A stretch of DNA of 64,000 bases. It comes from Acidimicrobiales bacterium. GTDB taxonomy: Bacteria > Actinomycetota > Acidimicrobiia > Acidimicrobiales > UBA8190. Under the pieces are notes generated by a model. That model had not been told where the DNA came from. It worked only from the letters and a program-made list of their open reading frames with translations, and did not search any database. Both the position numbers and the translations under genes were made by a program. Location of the stretch: assembly GCA_035531775.1 (NCBI GenBank), contig DATKSG010000014.1, positions 135 through 64,134 on the forward strand, written 5' to 3'. Numbering within the stretch: the stretch's first letter is position 1; every line of letters begins with the position of its first letter. Positions 28,801 through 38,177 of this stretch are shown here, piece after piece.

Positions 28801-29397
28801 CTCTACGTAAGTGATCACCCCCTTCGGGGCTTTGAGTCGGCTCTCAGCCGCTTGACCGACTGTTCGGTGGCCGAGGTGAAGGAGCTCGACGAATCGCCTG
28901 ACGTCGGCTTCGGGCGCGACGGTCAGGTCCGCACCGTGGGTGGAGTGGTGACGGCGCTGACGCGCCGCTACACGAAACGGGGCGAGCTCATGGCCACCTT
29001 CGTGCTGGAGGACCTGCGGGCCTCGATCGAGGTCTTCGTCTTCCCGAAGACCATGGCCGAGATCGGACCCCTGCTGGCCGACGACGCCGTGGTGGTTCTC
29101 CGGGCCCGCATCGACACCCGCGACGACCAGGTCAAGCTGGTGTGCATGGAACTGTCGAGGCCCGAGCTCCACGCCGACACCGGGGGGCCGCTGCGGGTCC
29201 AGCTGCCGCTCGGACTTACCGACGCCGTGCTCGAGCGCTTGAAGGAAGTCCTGGCCGAGCACCCCGGCGACGAGCCCGTGCACGTGCAGGTCGGCCAGAC
29301 GACGCTGCGCCTACCGGCTGAGTTCAACGTGGACAGCCGCCGGGGGCTGGTGGGCGAGCTGCGAGTTCTGCTCGGGCCCTACGCCATTGTGGCCTGA
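25801..29397 (+). CDS. dnaE: DNA polymerase III alpha subunit
   Basis: PHP domain FAHLHTHTEYSMLDGA, polymerase core and OB-fold regions, about 1198 aa. ATG 25801 is preceded by GAGGAGG. Confidence 0.95.
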   Translation: MAGKGSFAHLHTHTEYSMLDGAARIGELVEAAAADGQPAIGITDHGNMYGVLDFYAQCRERGLNPIIGTEAYMAAESRHERPARRGRVDDTGGDVEGGQKLYYHLTLLAETTKGYGNLLKLSSEAYLSGYFYKPRCDWELLERHHHGLIATTGCLGGVVLQALLAGDEERATALAARLQDIFGRDSLFVEVQDHGLAEQRRTNPALVRVAKRLGAPLLATNDSHYTRREDAVAHDALLCVQTGAYMDDPKRFKFEGEEHYLKSAAEMRALFGELPEACDNTLLVAERARVDIEFGLNALPEFPVPEEFTGASYDARADTYLRHLSREGAARRYGFSLPEAVTDRLEYELGVISKMGFSAYFLVVWDLIRHARQSGIRVGPGRGSAAGCCVAYCLDIVDLDPIRYDLLFERFLNPGRKQMPDIDMDFDERYRGEMIRYASERYGTDRVAQIVTFSTIKARAAVRDAARVLRLPYQVGDRIAKAMPPLIMGRDTPLRACLDRIEGYEDGYVSAQGLRDMYATDPEAAKVIEVAKGLEGLRRQDGIHAAAVVITKEPLTEYLPVQRKPESGQNPAEAPLVTQYEMHGVEELGLLKMDFLGLRNLSVIERALDLVERSQRRRPDIDGIPLDDPSTFEMLRRGDSIGVFQLEGGPMRSLMRSLAPTCFDDVAALVALYRPGPMAANMHRDYADRKNGRQAVSYLHPDLEPILAETYGLMIYQESLMRVAQKFAGYSLEEADNLRKACGKKIRKLIQAEREKFIAGCVSEGYGEALGTKLFDIIEPFADYAFNKSHSYGYGFVAYQTAWLKAHHPIEYLAALLTSVKDDKDKTAVYLGECRTLGIEVLVPDVNTSWGEFAPLVGEDGSQRIVFGLAAVRNVGESLVERIVAERERGGPFADFYDFCRRVDPVVLNKRTVESLVKAGAFDSMGHPRQGLCLVFEQIVDRTLERRREEDAGISTLFAAIEEPATDGGAPAGFAEARLAIPDTEFPKTPRLAFEKEMLGLYVSDHPLRGFESALSRLTDCSVAEVKELDESPDVGFGRDGQVRTVGGVVTALTRRYTKRGELMATFVLEDLRASIEVFVFPKTMAEIGPLLADDAVVVLRARIDTRDDQVKLVCMELSRPELHADTGGPLRVQLPLGLTDAVLERLKEVLAEHPGDEPVHVQVGQTTLRLPAEFNVDSRRGLVGELRVLLGPYAIVA

Positions 29398-29409
29398 CCG
29401 ACGCCACGG

Positions 29410-29437
29410 GGGGGGCCAAAGCCCTGCTCGGCCCCCC
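29410..29437 (+). terminator. GC-rich hairpin downstream of dnaE (8-bp stem GGGGGGCC/GGCCCCCC, 12-nt loop), no T-tract
   Basis: Perfect inverted repeat starting 13 nt after the dnaE stop. The missing U-tract makes terminator function uncertain. Confidence 0.3.
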
Positions 29438-29543
29438 GGCCGGGGGGTGGCCCTGGACCGGCTTCCAGGCTCGGATGGGGAACCTCGCCACGGGCCGCAG
29501 TATCCTGGTGGGAACGCCGCGGCGCCGGGAGGTCGAGCAATCC

Positions 29544-30233
29544 ATGTCGTTTGAGGTCGGGACCAAGGACTGCACATCGCTTAGCGACGCTGAGTTGGCC
29601 GAAATGGCCGACCTTTGCGTCGACCGTGAACCCCAATTCGACATCGGGTTCTTGTCCAAGCAGTGCGAGGAGTGGGTCCTCGTCACCTTGGCCCGGGAGG
29701 GGAACAAGCTGCGGGGTTACTCGTTTTGCACCCTCGAGCGCATCGGCGGGACCCCCTCGCTGCTGATCGGCCTGGCCACGGTGGACCGGACAGTCAAGGC
29801 CGACCAGTCCCTGCGGTTGCTGCTCGCCGACCAGTACCGCCGGGCTTTGCTGGCTTTCCCCGACGAAGATGTCCTGGTGGGGACCCGCCTGGCCTGCCCC
29901 GAGGCATACCAGGCCTTCGGTGGCCTGATCGACGTGGTGCCGCGTCCCGACCACAAGGCCAGTGGGGAAGAGCGCGCCTGGGGTCGCCGCCTGGCCAAGC
30001 GCTTCGGCGCAGAGGGCCGCATCGACGATCGAACCTTCGTGCTGTCGGGGGAAGGCTGCCCGGCCGGAGCTCTCGACTTCGGTGGTCCCAAGGTGAAGGC
30101 CCCCGACGAGGGGGTCCTGCCCCTGTTCAAGGGCGTGAAGTCAGCCCGCGGCGACCGCCTGGTGGCCTTCGGGTGGGCCATGGCCGAAGACCTGGCCTCG
30201 GGCACGCTCACCTCGGGGCGCCCGAGCCGCTGA
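29544..30233 (+). CDS. Hypothetical protein (possibly GNAT-like fold)
   Basis: Long ORF with SD GGGAGG 11 nt upstream of ATG 29544. I recognise no confident motif. Confidence 0.5.
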   Translation: MSFEVGTKDCTSLSDAELAEMADLCVDREPQFDIGFLSKQCEEWVLVTLAREGNKLRGYSFCTLERIGGTPSLLIGLATVDRTVKADQSLRLLLADQYRRALLAFPDEDVLVGTRLACPEAYQAFGGLIDVVPRPDHKASGEERAWGRRLAKRFGAEGRIDDRTFVLSGEGCPAGALDFGGPKVKAPDEGVLPLFKGVKSARGDRLVAFGWAMAEDLASGTLTSGRPSR

Positions 30234-30258
30234 GCACGCAGTCGCCGGCGCCGGGCCC

Positions 30259-30974
30259 TCAGGGCCGCGGCAGCACGGCGGCCACCGTCTTGTAACAGTG
30301 CCCATCGCGTGGCCGGCTCAGGCTCACCACCAGGAAGTGGGGTCGGAAGCCCAGCGCTCCGGCCAGGTCCTTGCCCGACAACCGGTCGCGACGCGACGCC
30401 CAGAGAGCGCCGATAGCCCGGCGGTCCTCCACCGGGAGCCAGTTGTCGCTGCGTGGCCATCCGAAGCGGGCCCAAACCGAGTCGTCAGCCTGCCGGCGGA
30501 ACAGCAGCGGCCCACGGCTGGGCACGACGACGGCCACCGAAGGATGCATGCCGTGGAACTCCCAATAGGGAGCGGCGGTGCCGTGGAAGCCGAGCAGATG
30601 AGGTTCCGGGGGCGCCACCAGTTGCTTGAGGGCCCGACGGGCCCGGCGTCCCCGCAGGGCCCCCACCCGGGTGGGCTCGCCCTCGACGGTTAGGGCTTCG
30701 GGATGGGCCAGGTCGTCACGCTGCGGGTCGGCGGCCCACATGGCATCGACCACGTCGAAGGGAGCCAGGTCGGGCTCTCGATCGTGGCCCCAGTCCACCC
30801 GGAGGCGGACGATGGCTCCGTTGCCGAGGTCCACCGCCGTGGTGTCCTCGCTGCTGCAGGCCAGGACCATGCACCGATGCGTCCCGCGTTCCTGCGGAGA
30901 CAGACGTTGACCACGGAGGCCTCCCCGACGGCCTCGGCGTCCTGGCGCCCGGGTCGCCTCGAGGTTGCCCTTGG

Positions 30975-30978
<4 letters not shown>
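30259..30978 (-). CDS. Hypothetical protein, translationally coupled to the upstream DUF255 gene
   Basis: ATG 30978 forms an ATGA overlap with the stop of the 30975-33005 gene. An alternative start is ATG 30870. No family recognised. Confidence 0.5.
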
Positions 30979-33005
<2,027 letters not shown>

Positions 33006-33012
33006 GCAGGGG

Positions 33013-33053
33013 ATGCTATGGCGCCCCCGGGGTCACCGGTGGCGCCATAGGGT
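33013..33053. promoter_or_regulatory. Divergent promoter/operator: 10-bp perfect inverted repeat CTATGGCGCC-N15-GGCGCCATAG whose arms overlap two TANNNT boxes
   Basis: Arms lie at 33016-33025 and 33041-33050. TAGCAT (minus strand, 33013-33018) is 7 nt from GTG 33005. TAGGGT (33048-33053) is 8 nt from ATG 33062. Confidence 0.4.
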
Positions 33054-33061
33054 GTGGCGCC

Positions 33062-33826
33062 ATGGAGCTGCGCATCGACGGCAGGGTGGCGCTGGTCACA
33101 GGCGGTTCGCGCGGCATCGGCCGCGCCATCGCCACCCGCCTGGCCGGTGCCGGTGCCCGCGTCATGATCACGGCCCGAAAAGAAGATGCCCTGCGACAGA
33201 CGGCCGGGGAGCTCGCCGCCGGTGGCGCCGAGGTGGAGTGGTATGCCGGCAACGCCGGCGAGCCCGACACCGCCGCCCGCTGTGTGGACACGACCGTGGA
33301 GCGCTTCGGTGGCCTCGACATCCTGGTCAACAACGCGGCGACCAATCCCTACTTCGGAAAGCTCGTGGACTTGGACGAGGCCCGTGCCGCCAAGACCCTG
33401 GCCGTCAACCAACAGGCGGTGCTCACATGGACCAGCTACGCGTACAAGGCGGCCATGGCCGAGGGCGGCGGCAGCGTGATCAACATCTCCTCCATCGGCG
33501 GACTGTCGGTGGAACCGGGGATCGGCTGGTACAACGTGACCAAGGCCGCCGTGCTGCATTTGACGCGGCAGCTGGCCTTTGAGCTGGGACCAGCCGTGCG
33601 GGTCAACGCCCTGGCCCCAGGCCTGGTGAAGACCGATTTCGCCAAGGCGTTGTGGGAGAAGGGCGGTGATGCGGTGGCGTCGCGCCTGCCCCTGCGCCGC
33701 ATCGGGGAGCCTGACGACGTGGCCCGGGTGGCGTTGTTCCTGGCCTCCGACGCCGCCTCCTGGATGACGGGCTCGGTCCTGGTGGTGGACGGCGGGGCCA
33801 TGGCCATGCCGTCGGGGGGGGTCTAG
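33062..33826 (+). CDS. Short-chain dehydrogenase/reductase (SDR) family oxidoreductase
   Basis: TGGSRGIG cofactor motif, NNAA, and catalytic YNVTKAA (YxxxK). Confidence 0.85.
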   Translation: MELRIDGRVALVTGGSRGIGRAIATRLAGAGARVMITARKEDALRQTAGELAAGGAEVEWYAGNAGEPDTAARCVDTTVERFGGLDILVNNAATNPYFGKLVDLDEARAAKTLAVNQQAVLTWTSYAYKAAMAEGGGSVINISSIGGLSVEPGIGWYNVTKAAVLHLTRQLAFELGPAVRVNALAPGLVKTDFAKALWEKGGDAVASRLPLRRIGEPDDVARVALFLASDAASWMTGSVLVVDGGAMAMPSGGV

Positions 33827-35098
33827 GTGGGCTCGCTCGTCTCCGACCTGGAGTTCCGTGGCCTGTGGCACCAGGCGGCGGGCGCCTCGCTTGCCCAGCG
33901 CCTCGAGTCCGAACGGCTCACTGCCTACATCGGGTTCGACCCCACGGCCGACAGTCTGCACGTCGGCAACCTGCTGCAGCTGTGCATGCTGCGGCGACTG
34001 CAACAAGCCGGGCATCGCCCGATCGCCGTGGCCGGTGGAGTGACCGGCATGATCGGGGACCCAGGGGGCAAGAGCGAGGAGCGCTCGTTGCTCTCCGACG
34101 AGCGACTGAAGGCCAACCTCCAGGGAATCCGACCCCAGATCGAGCGCTTCGTCGACCTCGGCGGTGGCGGCGGCCTCCTGCTCGACAATGCCCAGTGGCT
34201 GCGCGGCCTGACGTTGGTCGACTTCCTCCGGGACATCGGCAAGCATCTGGCCGTGAACGAGATGATCCGCAAGGACTCGGTGAGCGCCAGGCTCGAGCGA
34301 GCCGAGCAGGGCATCTCGTACACCGAGTTCAGCTACATGCTGCTGCAGGCCTATGACTTCCTTCACCTCTTCGACCATCACGATTGCCGACTCCAGCTCG
34401 GCGGCAGTGACCAGTTCGGCAACATCACCGTGGGCATCGAGTTGGTGCGCAAGATGCGCCAGGTCGAGGTCTACGGGCTCACCTCACCGCTCGTGCTCAA
34501 GGCCGACGGCTCCAAGTTCGGCAAGACGGAGTCGGGGACGGTTTGGCTCGACCCCCGTCGCACCAGCCCCTACGCGCTGTACCAGTTCTTCCTCCGCACC
34601 GAAGACGACCTGGTGGGACGCTATCTCCGGTTCTTCTCCTTCCTCGAGCACGACGAGCTGCTGGCACTGGAGCAGGTCACCGCTGCCCATCCCGAGCGAC
34701 GCCAGGCTCAGAGGGTCCTGGCCCGAGAGCTGTGCGCGTTGGTGCACGGGGCGGACGATGCGGCCCGGGCCGAGCACGCTTCGGAGGCGCTGTACTCAGA
34801 GGCCATCGCCTCGCTCGACGAGAGCACCCTCCTAGAGGTCTGCGCCGAAGCCCCCACCAGCACCTGGCCACGAACCGGATTGGACGAAGGGGTGGCCTTG
34901 GTAGACCTTCTGGCCTCGAGCGGGCTGAGCGGGTCCAAGAGCCAAGCTCGTAGTGCGGTCACGCAGGGGGGTGTCTACGTCAACAACCAACGGGTGACCG
35001 GTCTCGACGCCCACCTCGGGCGCGACGACCTGCTCTTCGATCGCTACGTGGTGCTGCGCCGAGGGCGTCGGGAGTACCATCTCGTTCGGTTCGAGTAG
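33827..35098 (+). CDS. tyrS: Tyrosine--tRNA ligase
   Basis: HIGH-type HVGNLL, KMSKS-type KFGKTE, and a C-terminal S4-like domain. Confidence 0.95.
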   Translation: MGSLVSDLEFRGLWHQAAGASLAQRLESERLTAYIGFDPTADSLHVGNLLQLCMLRRLQQAGHRPIAVAGGVTGMIGDPGGKSEERSLLSDERLKANLQGIRPQIERFVDLGGGGGLLLDNAQWLRGLTLVDFLRDIGKHLAVNEMIRKDSVSARLERAEQGISYTEFSYMLLQAYDFLHLFDHHDCRLQLGGSDQFGNITVGIELVRKMRQVEVYGLTSPLVLKADGSKFGKTESGTVWLDPRRTSPYALYQFFLRTEDDLVGRYLRFFSFLEHDELLALEQVTAAHPERRQAQRVLARELCALVHGADDAARAEHASEALYSEAIASLDESTLLEVCAEAPTSTWPRTGLDEGVALVDLLASSGLSGSKSQARSAVTQGGVYVNNQRVTGLDAHLGRDDLLFDRYVVLRRGRREYHLVRFE

Positions 35099-35120
35099 CA
35101 GCGGTGGCTCGACGAGGAGG

Positions 35121-35240
35121 ATGGCGGTGACGGTGCTGGCTCTTGTCGGAGTGCTCGTCATTGCCGCCGTGCTCGTGACCTTCTCCATGAGCCTCTTCGC
35201 CCGCGACCGCGGACAGCGCCACCCTCGGTCGCGTCGGTGA
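35121..35240 (+). CDS. Small single-TM membrane peptide (37-39 aa), absent from the ORF track
   Basis: ORF (MA)VTVLALVGVLVIAAVLVTFSMSLFARDRGQRHPRSRR. GAGGAGG lies at 35114-35120, so GTG 35127 has better spacing than ATG 35121. Its stop overlaps the next start (GTGA). Confidence 0.45.
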   Translation: MAVTVLALVGVLVIAAVLVTFSMSLFARDRGQRHPRSRR

Positions 35241-35686
35241 CCGGCCCGGTGGGCATCGGCGGTGCGCCACCCGAGTCCGAGCTGGGGAGGCCCCCGGTCG
35301 GGGCCGAGGAGGCCTTGGCCGGGGCCTATCTGCTCCCCGAGGACGAACGAGGTGAGGTTCTGGCCGAAGTGGTTCGTCGGTACCCGCAGTGGCCCACCGC
35401 TTGGGCTGCGCTGGCCACCTCGGCGTCAGGTGACGTGGAGGCGTATGCGTACTACCGCGTCGGCTATCACCGCGGGCTCGATGCCCTTCGTAAAGCGGGT
35501 TGGCGCGGCAGCGGCTACGTGCGCTGGTCACGACCGGCCAACCGGGGGTTCTTGCGTTGCGTCGAGGGGCTACGCCGCACGGCACACGCCATCGGCGAGC
35601 TCGACGAGGAGGAGCGTTGCGCACTCTTCCTGCGCCAGCTCGACCCGACGTGGTCGGGGGCCGAGGTCACCGGCGACGACAGGTGA
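35237..35686 (+). CDS. DUF3151-like conserved actinobacterial protein
   Basis: The sequence (YPQWPTAWAALA, AYAYYRVGYHRGLDALRKAGWRGSGYVRW, NRGFLRC) matches my recollection of DUF3151. Confidence 0.65.
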   Translation: MTGPVGIGGAPPESELGRPPVGAEEALAGAYLLPEDERGEVLAEVVRRYPQWPTAWAALATSASGDVEAYAYYRVGYHRGLDALRKAGWRGSGYVRWSRPANRGFLRCVEGLRRTAHAIGELDEEERCALFLRQLDPTWSGAEVTGDDR

Positions 35687-36138
35687 AGCTTTGGGCGGTG
35701 GCTGTGGCCGTGGCGGCCTTCGGATCGGCACTCTCGGGCTGCGGTGGTGCCGCTGCTTCTCTCGGCCAGCAGGTGAGCACCTGGGGGCGCGACAGCGGCT
35801 TCATGGCAGCGTTGGCCACCATCCGCAGCGATTTGGCCCGCCTGGCGGTGGCCTCCCCGACGTCCTCTGCCCTGGTGCGCACCGAATGCGACGTGCTTGT
35901 CACCGACAGCCTGGCCGCTCACCAGCAACTGCCGACACCTGATGCCATGTTGACTTCGTTGCTGGGCAACGCCTACGCGTCGGCCGGGAGCTCCGGCAGC
36001 GATTGCTTCAGCGCCGCGTCGGGCCATCTGGGCGTACTCGAGCGTTCCGCCACCGAACGGGCGCAGGCCGTCACGTGGCTGATCAAAGCCGAGGCCCGCT
36101 TCGACGCCCTGATCGCCACGGTGCCCACCTCTCCATGA
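35683..36138 (+). CDS. Putative lipoprotein
   Basis: Signal peptide with lipobox (VKLWAVAVAVAAFGSALSGC). GTGA overlap with the upstream stop. The ORF-track start at 35500 lies inside the previous gene. Confidence 0.6.
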   Translation: MKLWAVAVAVAAFGSALSGCGGAAASLGQQVSTWGRDSGFMAALATIRSDLARLAVASPTSSALVRTECDVLVTDSLAAHQQLPTPDAMLTSLLGNAYASAGSSGSDCFSAASGHLGVLERSATERAQAVTWLIKAEARFDALIATVPTSP

Positions 36139-36722
36139 CCGGACCGGACCGGCGAGTCATCGGGCCCGTCCCTACCGGGCGCGAACCACCGGCCTACGAC
36201 CGGCTGCGGCGACGCCTGCTGTGGTCATTGCCGACGGGCCTGTACGTGCTCGGCACCCGCCATGGCCACCAGCGCAACCTGATGACCACAAGTTGGGTCA
36301 TGCAGGTGGCTATGGACCCCAAGCTGGTGGCCGCGGCGGTGGAGTCCTCCTCGGTCACCGGGCGGCTCCTTGAGTCCAGCGGCGAGTTCGCCCTGAGCCT
36401 CCTGGCGCGTTCGGAGCGGACCCTCGTGCGGCACTTCGTGAAGCCAGTGAGCGATGTCCAGGTGGATGAGAACACAGGGGCGGGCACCATGCAGGGTCAC
36501 GACGTGGTCCCGACGCCGGCCGGGTTGCCTGTCTTGGCTTTGGCCGCCGGGTGGCTGGAGTGCCGGGTGACCGAGAGCGTGACCCTTGGGAGTCACGTCC
36601 TGTTCGTGGGCGAGGTGGTCGATTGCGGCACGGGAGCCCCTGGGTCGGCGACGACCGGGCCGCCTGGTGACGCCTTGGCGCTGCTGCGCATGGAGGACAC
36701 CCGCATGAACTACGGCGGCTGA
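36135..36722 (+). CDS. Flavin reductase family protein (FMN-binding split barrel)
   Basis: LPTGLYVLGTRHGHQRNLMTTSWVMQVAMDPKLVAAAV is typical of flavin reductase-like domains. ATGA overlap with the lipoprotein stop. Confidence 0.75.
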   Translation: MTGPDRRVIGPVPTGREPPAYDRLRRRLLWSLPTGLYVLGTRHGHQRNLMTTSWVMQVAMDPKLVAAAVESSSVTGRLLESSGEFALSLLARSERTLVRHFVKPVSDVQVDENTGAGTMQGHDVVPTPAGLPVLALAAGWLECRVTESVTLGSHVLFVGEVVDCGTGAPGSATTGPPGDALALLRMEDTRMNYGG

Positions 36723-36735
36723 CGGGCCACCGTCG

Positions 36736-36966
36736 TCAGGCCTCGGTGGGCCTCGGCCGCAGGTCGATGCGGAGTGTGAGGATGCCGTCGGCCAAGGTGG
36801 CTTCGGCGTCGCCGATCATGGCGAAGTCCATGAAGTCGGCTTGGGCCTGCTCGGCGAAGCGACGGCGTTCGGGCCCTTCGACAGGCGGCAGCCCCCGGTC
36901 GCGCACGGCCGCCGCCCGTTCTCGGAAGCGGCCCACCATGGATTGGGGATCGAACTCGTCGGGCAC
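36736..36966 (-). CDS. Hypothetical small protein (76 aa)
   Basis: The ORF has TACAGT (minus strand, 36974-36979) 7 nt upstream of GTG 36966, consistent with a leaderless start. No family recognised. Confidence 0.4.
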   Translation of the reverse strand: MPDEFDPQSMVGRFRERAAAVRDRGLPPVEGPERRRFAEQAQADFMDFAMIGDAEATLADGILTLRIDLRPRPTEA

Positions 36967-37088
36967 CTGGTGGACTGTACCTGGCAGCCCGTACCGGGCC
37001 GAGCCGCAGGTCGGCGGTCCATGCCCGGGAGGTAGACTGGGCCCCGCCGCCGGCGGGTGCGCCTGGCCGGCCGACGGAGGAGTCGCTC

Positions 37089-37298
37089 GTGAAAAAGGGA
37101 CGGCATCGCCGCTTCGAGGAGGCTCGCAGCCTCAAGAGATCGGTGGCAACGGCCAATCGTCGCTGCCCGGAATGTGGCGCCGAGCCTGATGACCGGCACG
37201 CGTCGTGGTGCATGGCCGAGTCGGAGGAATTCGACGAGATCCTCGGTGTGACGCCGGATTCCGAGGTCGTGGACGAAGACGACCCGCTGGCTGACTGA
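37089..37298 (+). CDS. Hypothetical small protein (69 aa): basic N-terminus, CPEC...H...C motif, acidic C-terminus
   Basis: GTG 37089 is preceded by GGAGGA with 7-nt spacing. The sequence is MKKGRHRRFEEAR...CPECGAEPDDRHASWC...DEDDPLAD. Confidence 0.5.
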   Translation: MKKGRHRRFEEARSLKRSVATANRRCPECGAEPDDRHASWCMAESEEFDEILGVTPDSEVVDEDDPLAD

Positions 37299-37325
37299 CA
37301 CGCCGGGCCGGCGCCCGACGGGCGC

Positions 37326-38177
37326 TCAGCGCCGCCTGACGGCCGGGTGGGGAAGTGCCACTGGACGGAGGTCGTCGCTCCTGGCCCCGGTCGAGGCCGG
37401 CGTGGTCATGACAATGGCCCGAGCCGACAGGTAACGCGCCAGCTTCTTGTAGATCTTGGCCCCGACCAGTGCCACCAACTCGTCGCGCATCTCCTCGAAC
37501 ACCGGCCGCCCACCGACAAAGGCGTCGGGCGCCTCGGTACACCACCAGTGGAACTCGGCTCCTCCGGCTCCCCAGTCCCGGCGGTCCCACTGGCGAATGA
37601 CCGACTTCACGTGCCCGTCGTCAGCCACCTCGTCTTCGCGGCGCAGGGGGAGCTGCCAGCACACGTCGGGCTTGAGCTCGAGCGGGGCGGTGCCACGCTC
37701 GAGGGCGGCACGGTGCAAGGCGCACCCCGGGCCGCCTGGGAAGTCAGGACGGTTCAGGAAGATGCAGGCCCCGTCGGCCAAGCGGGTGGTGAGCTCGCCG
37801 GCCGCGTTCTTCTTGAAGATGCGAAGACGCCGGCCTTCGGTGGGCTGGCCCTTGCGCCAGAACTGCCACTGGTCCGGGGTCAAGGTGGCTGCCGCCTTCT
37901 CGACGCGCTTGGTGTCCTTGCCTCCGGTCATGTGGGCGCCGTAGGAGCAGCACCCGTGGACCAGCTCGGGGGCCGGGCCTGTGAGTACTCCCTGGCAGCC
38001 CCGCCCGAAGATACAGGTCCAGTTGCTCTCGAGGAAGGTCACGTCGAAGAGCCAAGTCCGCTCCTCGACGGGGTCGGGAAAGCTCACCCATTCGTGAGCT
38101 CCACCGGGGGCGCCGTTCCACGACGCGGCCGACGGATCGTGGCCGTTGGTCAGCATGCGGATTGGAGCGGTAGTCAT
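37326..38177 (-). CDS. Cysteine-rich conserved hypothetical protein (putative metal/Fe-S cluster binding)
   Basis: Eight Cys in the motifs WTCIFGRGCQG, HGCCSYGAH, GACIFLNRP, GPGCALH, VCWQLP and WWCTE. AGGAGG precedes ATG 38177, which overlaps the radical SAM stop (ATGA). Confidence 0.7.
   Translation of the reverse strand: MTTAPIRMLTNGHDPSAASWNGAPGGAHEWVSFPDPVEERTWLFDVTFLESNWTCIFGRGCQGVLTGPAPELVHGCCSYGAHMTGGKDTKRVEKAAATLTPDQWQFWRKGQPTEGRRLRIFKKNAAGELTTRLADGACIFLNRPDFPGGPGCALHRAALERGTAPLELKPDVCWQLPLRREDEVADDGHVKSVIRQWDRRDWGAGGAEFHWWCTEAPDAFVGGRPVFEEMRDELVALVGAKIYKKLARYLSARAIVMTTPASTGARSDDLRPVALPHPAVRRR

Noticed and set aside
37089-37298. The 69-aa acidic-tailed ORF as a RiPP/graspetide precursor for the neighbouring ATP-grasp enzyme.
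   Set aside because: It is convergent to the operon rather than co-transcribed with it. The ATP-grasp protein is a ~430-aa ligase type rather than the short RimK-like graspetide ligase. There is no repeated core motif. I kept it only as a low-probability idea in the small-ORF finding.
37311-37325. Palindrome GCGCCCG-A-CGGGCGC between the convergent small ORF and the Cys-rich gene, considered as a bidirectional terminator.
   Set aside because: A one-nucleotide loop is not a feasible hairpin and there is no U-tract, so it can at best form a short 5-bp stem. The evidence is insufficient.
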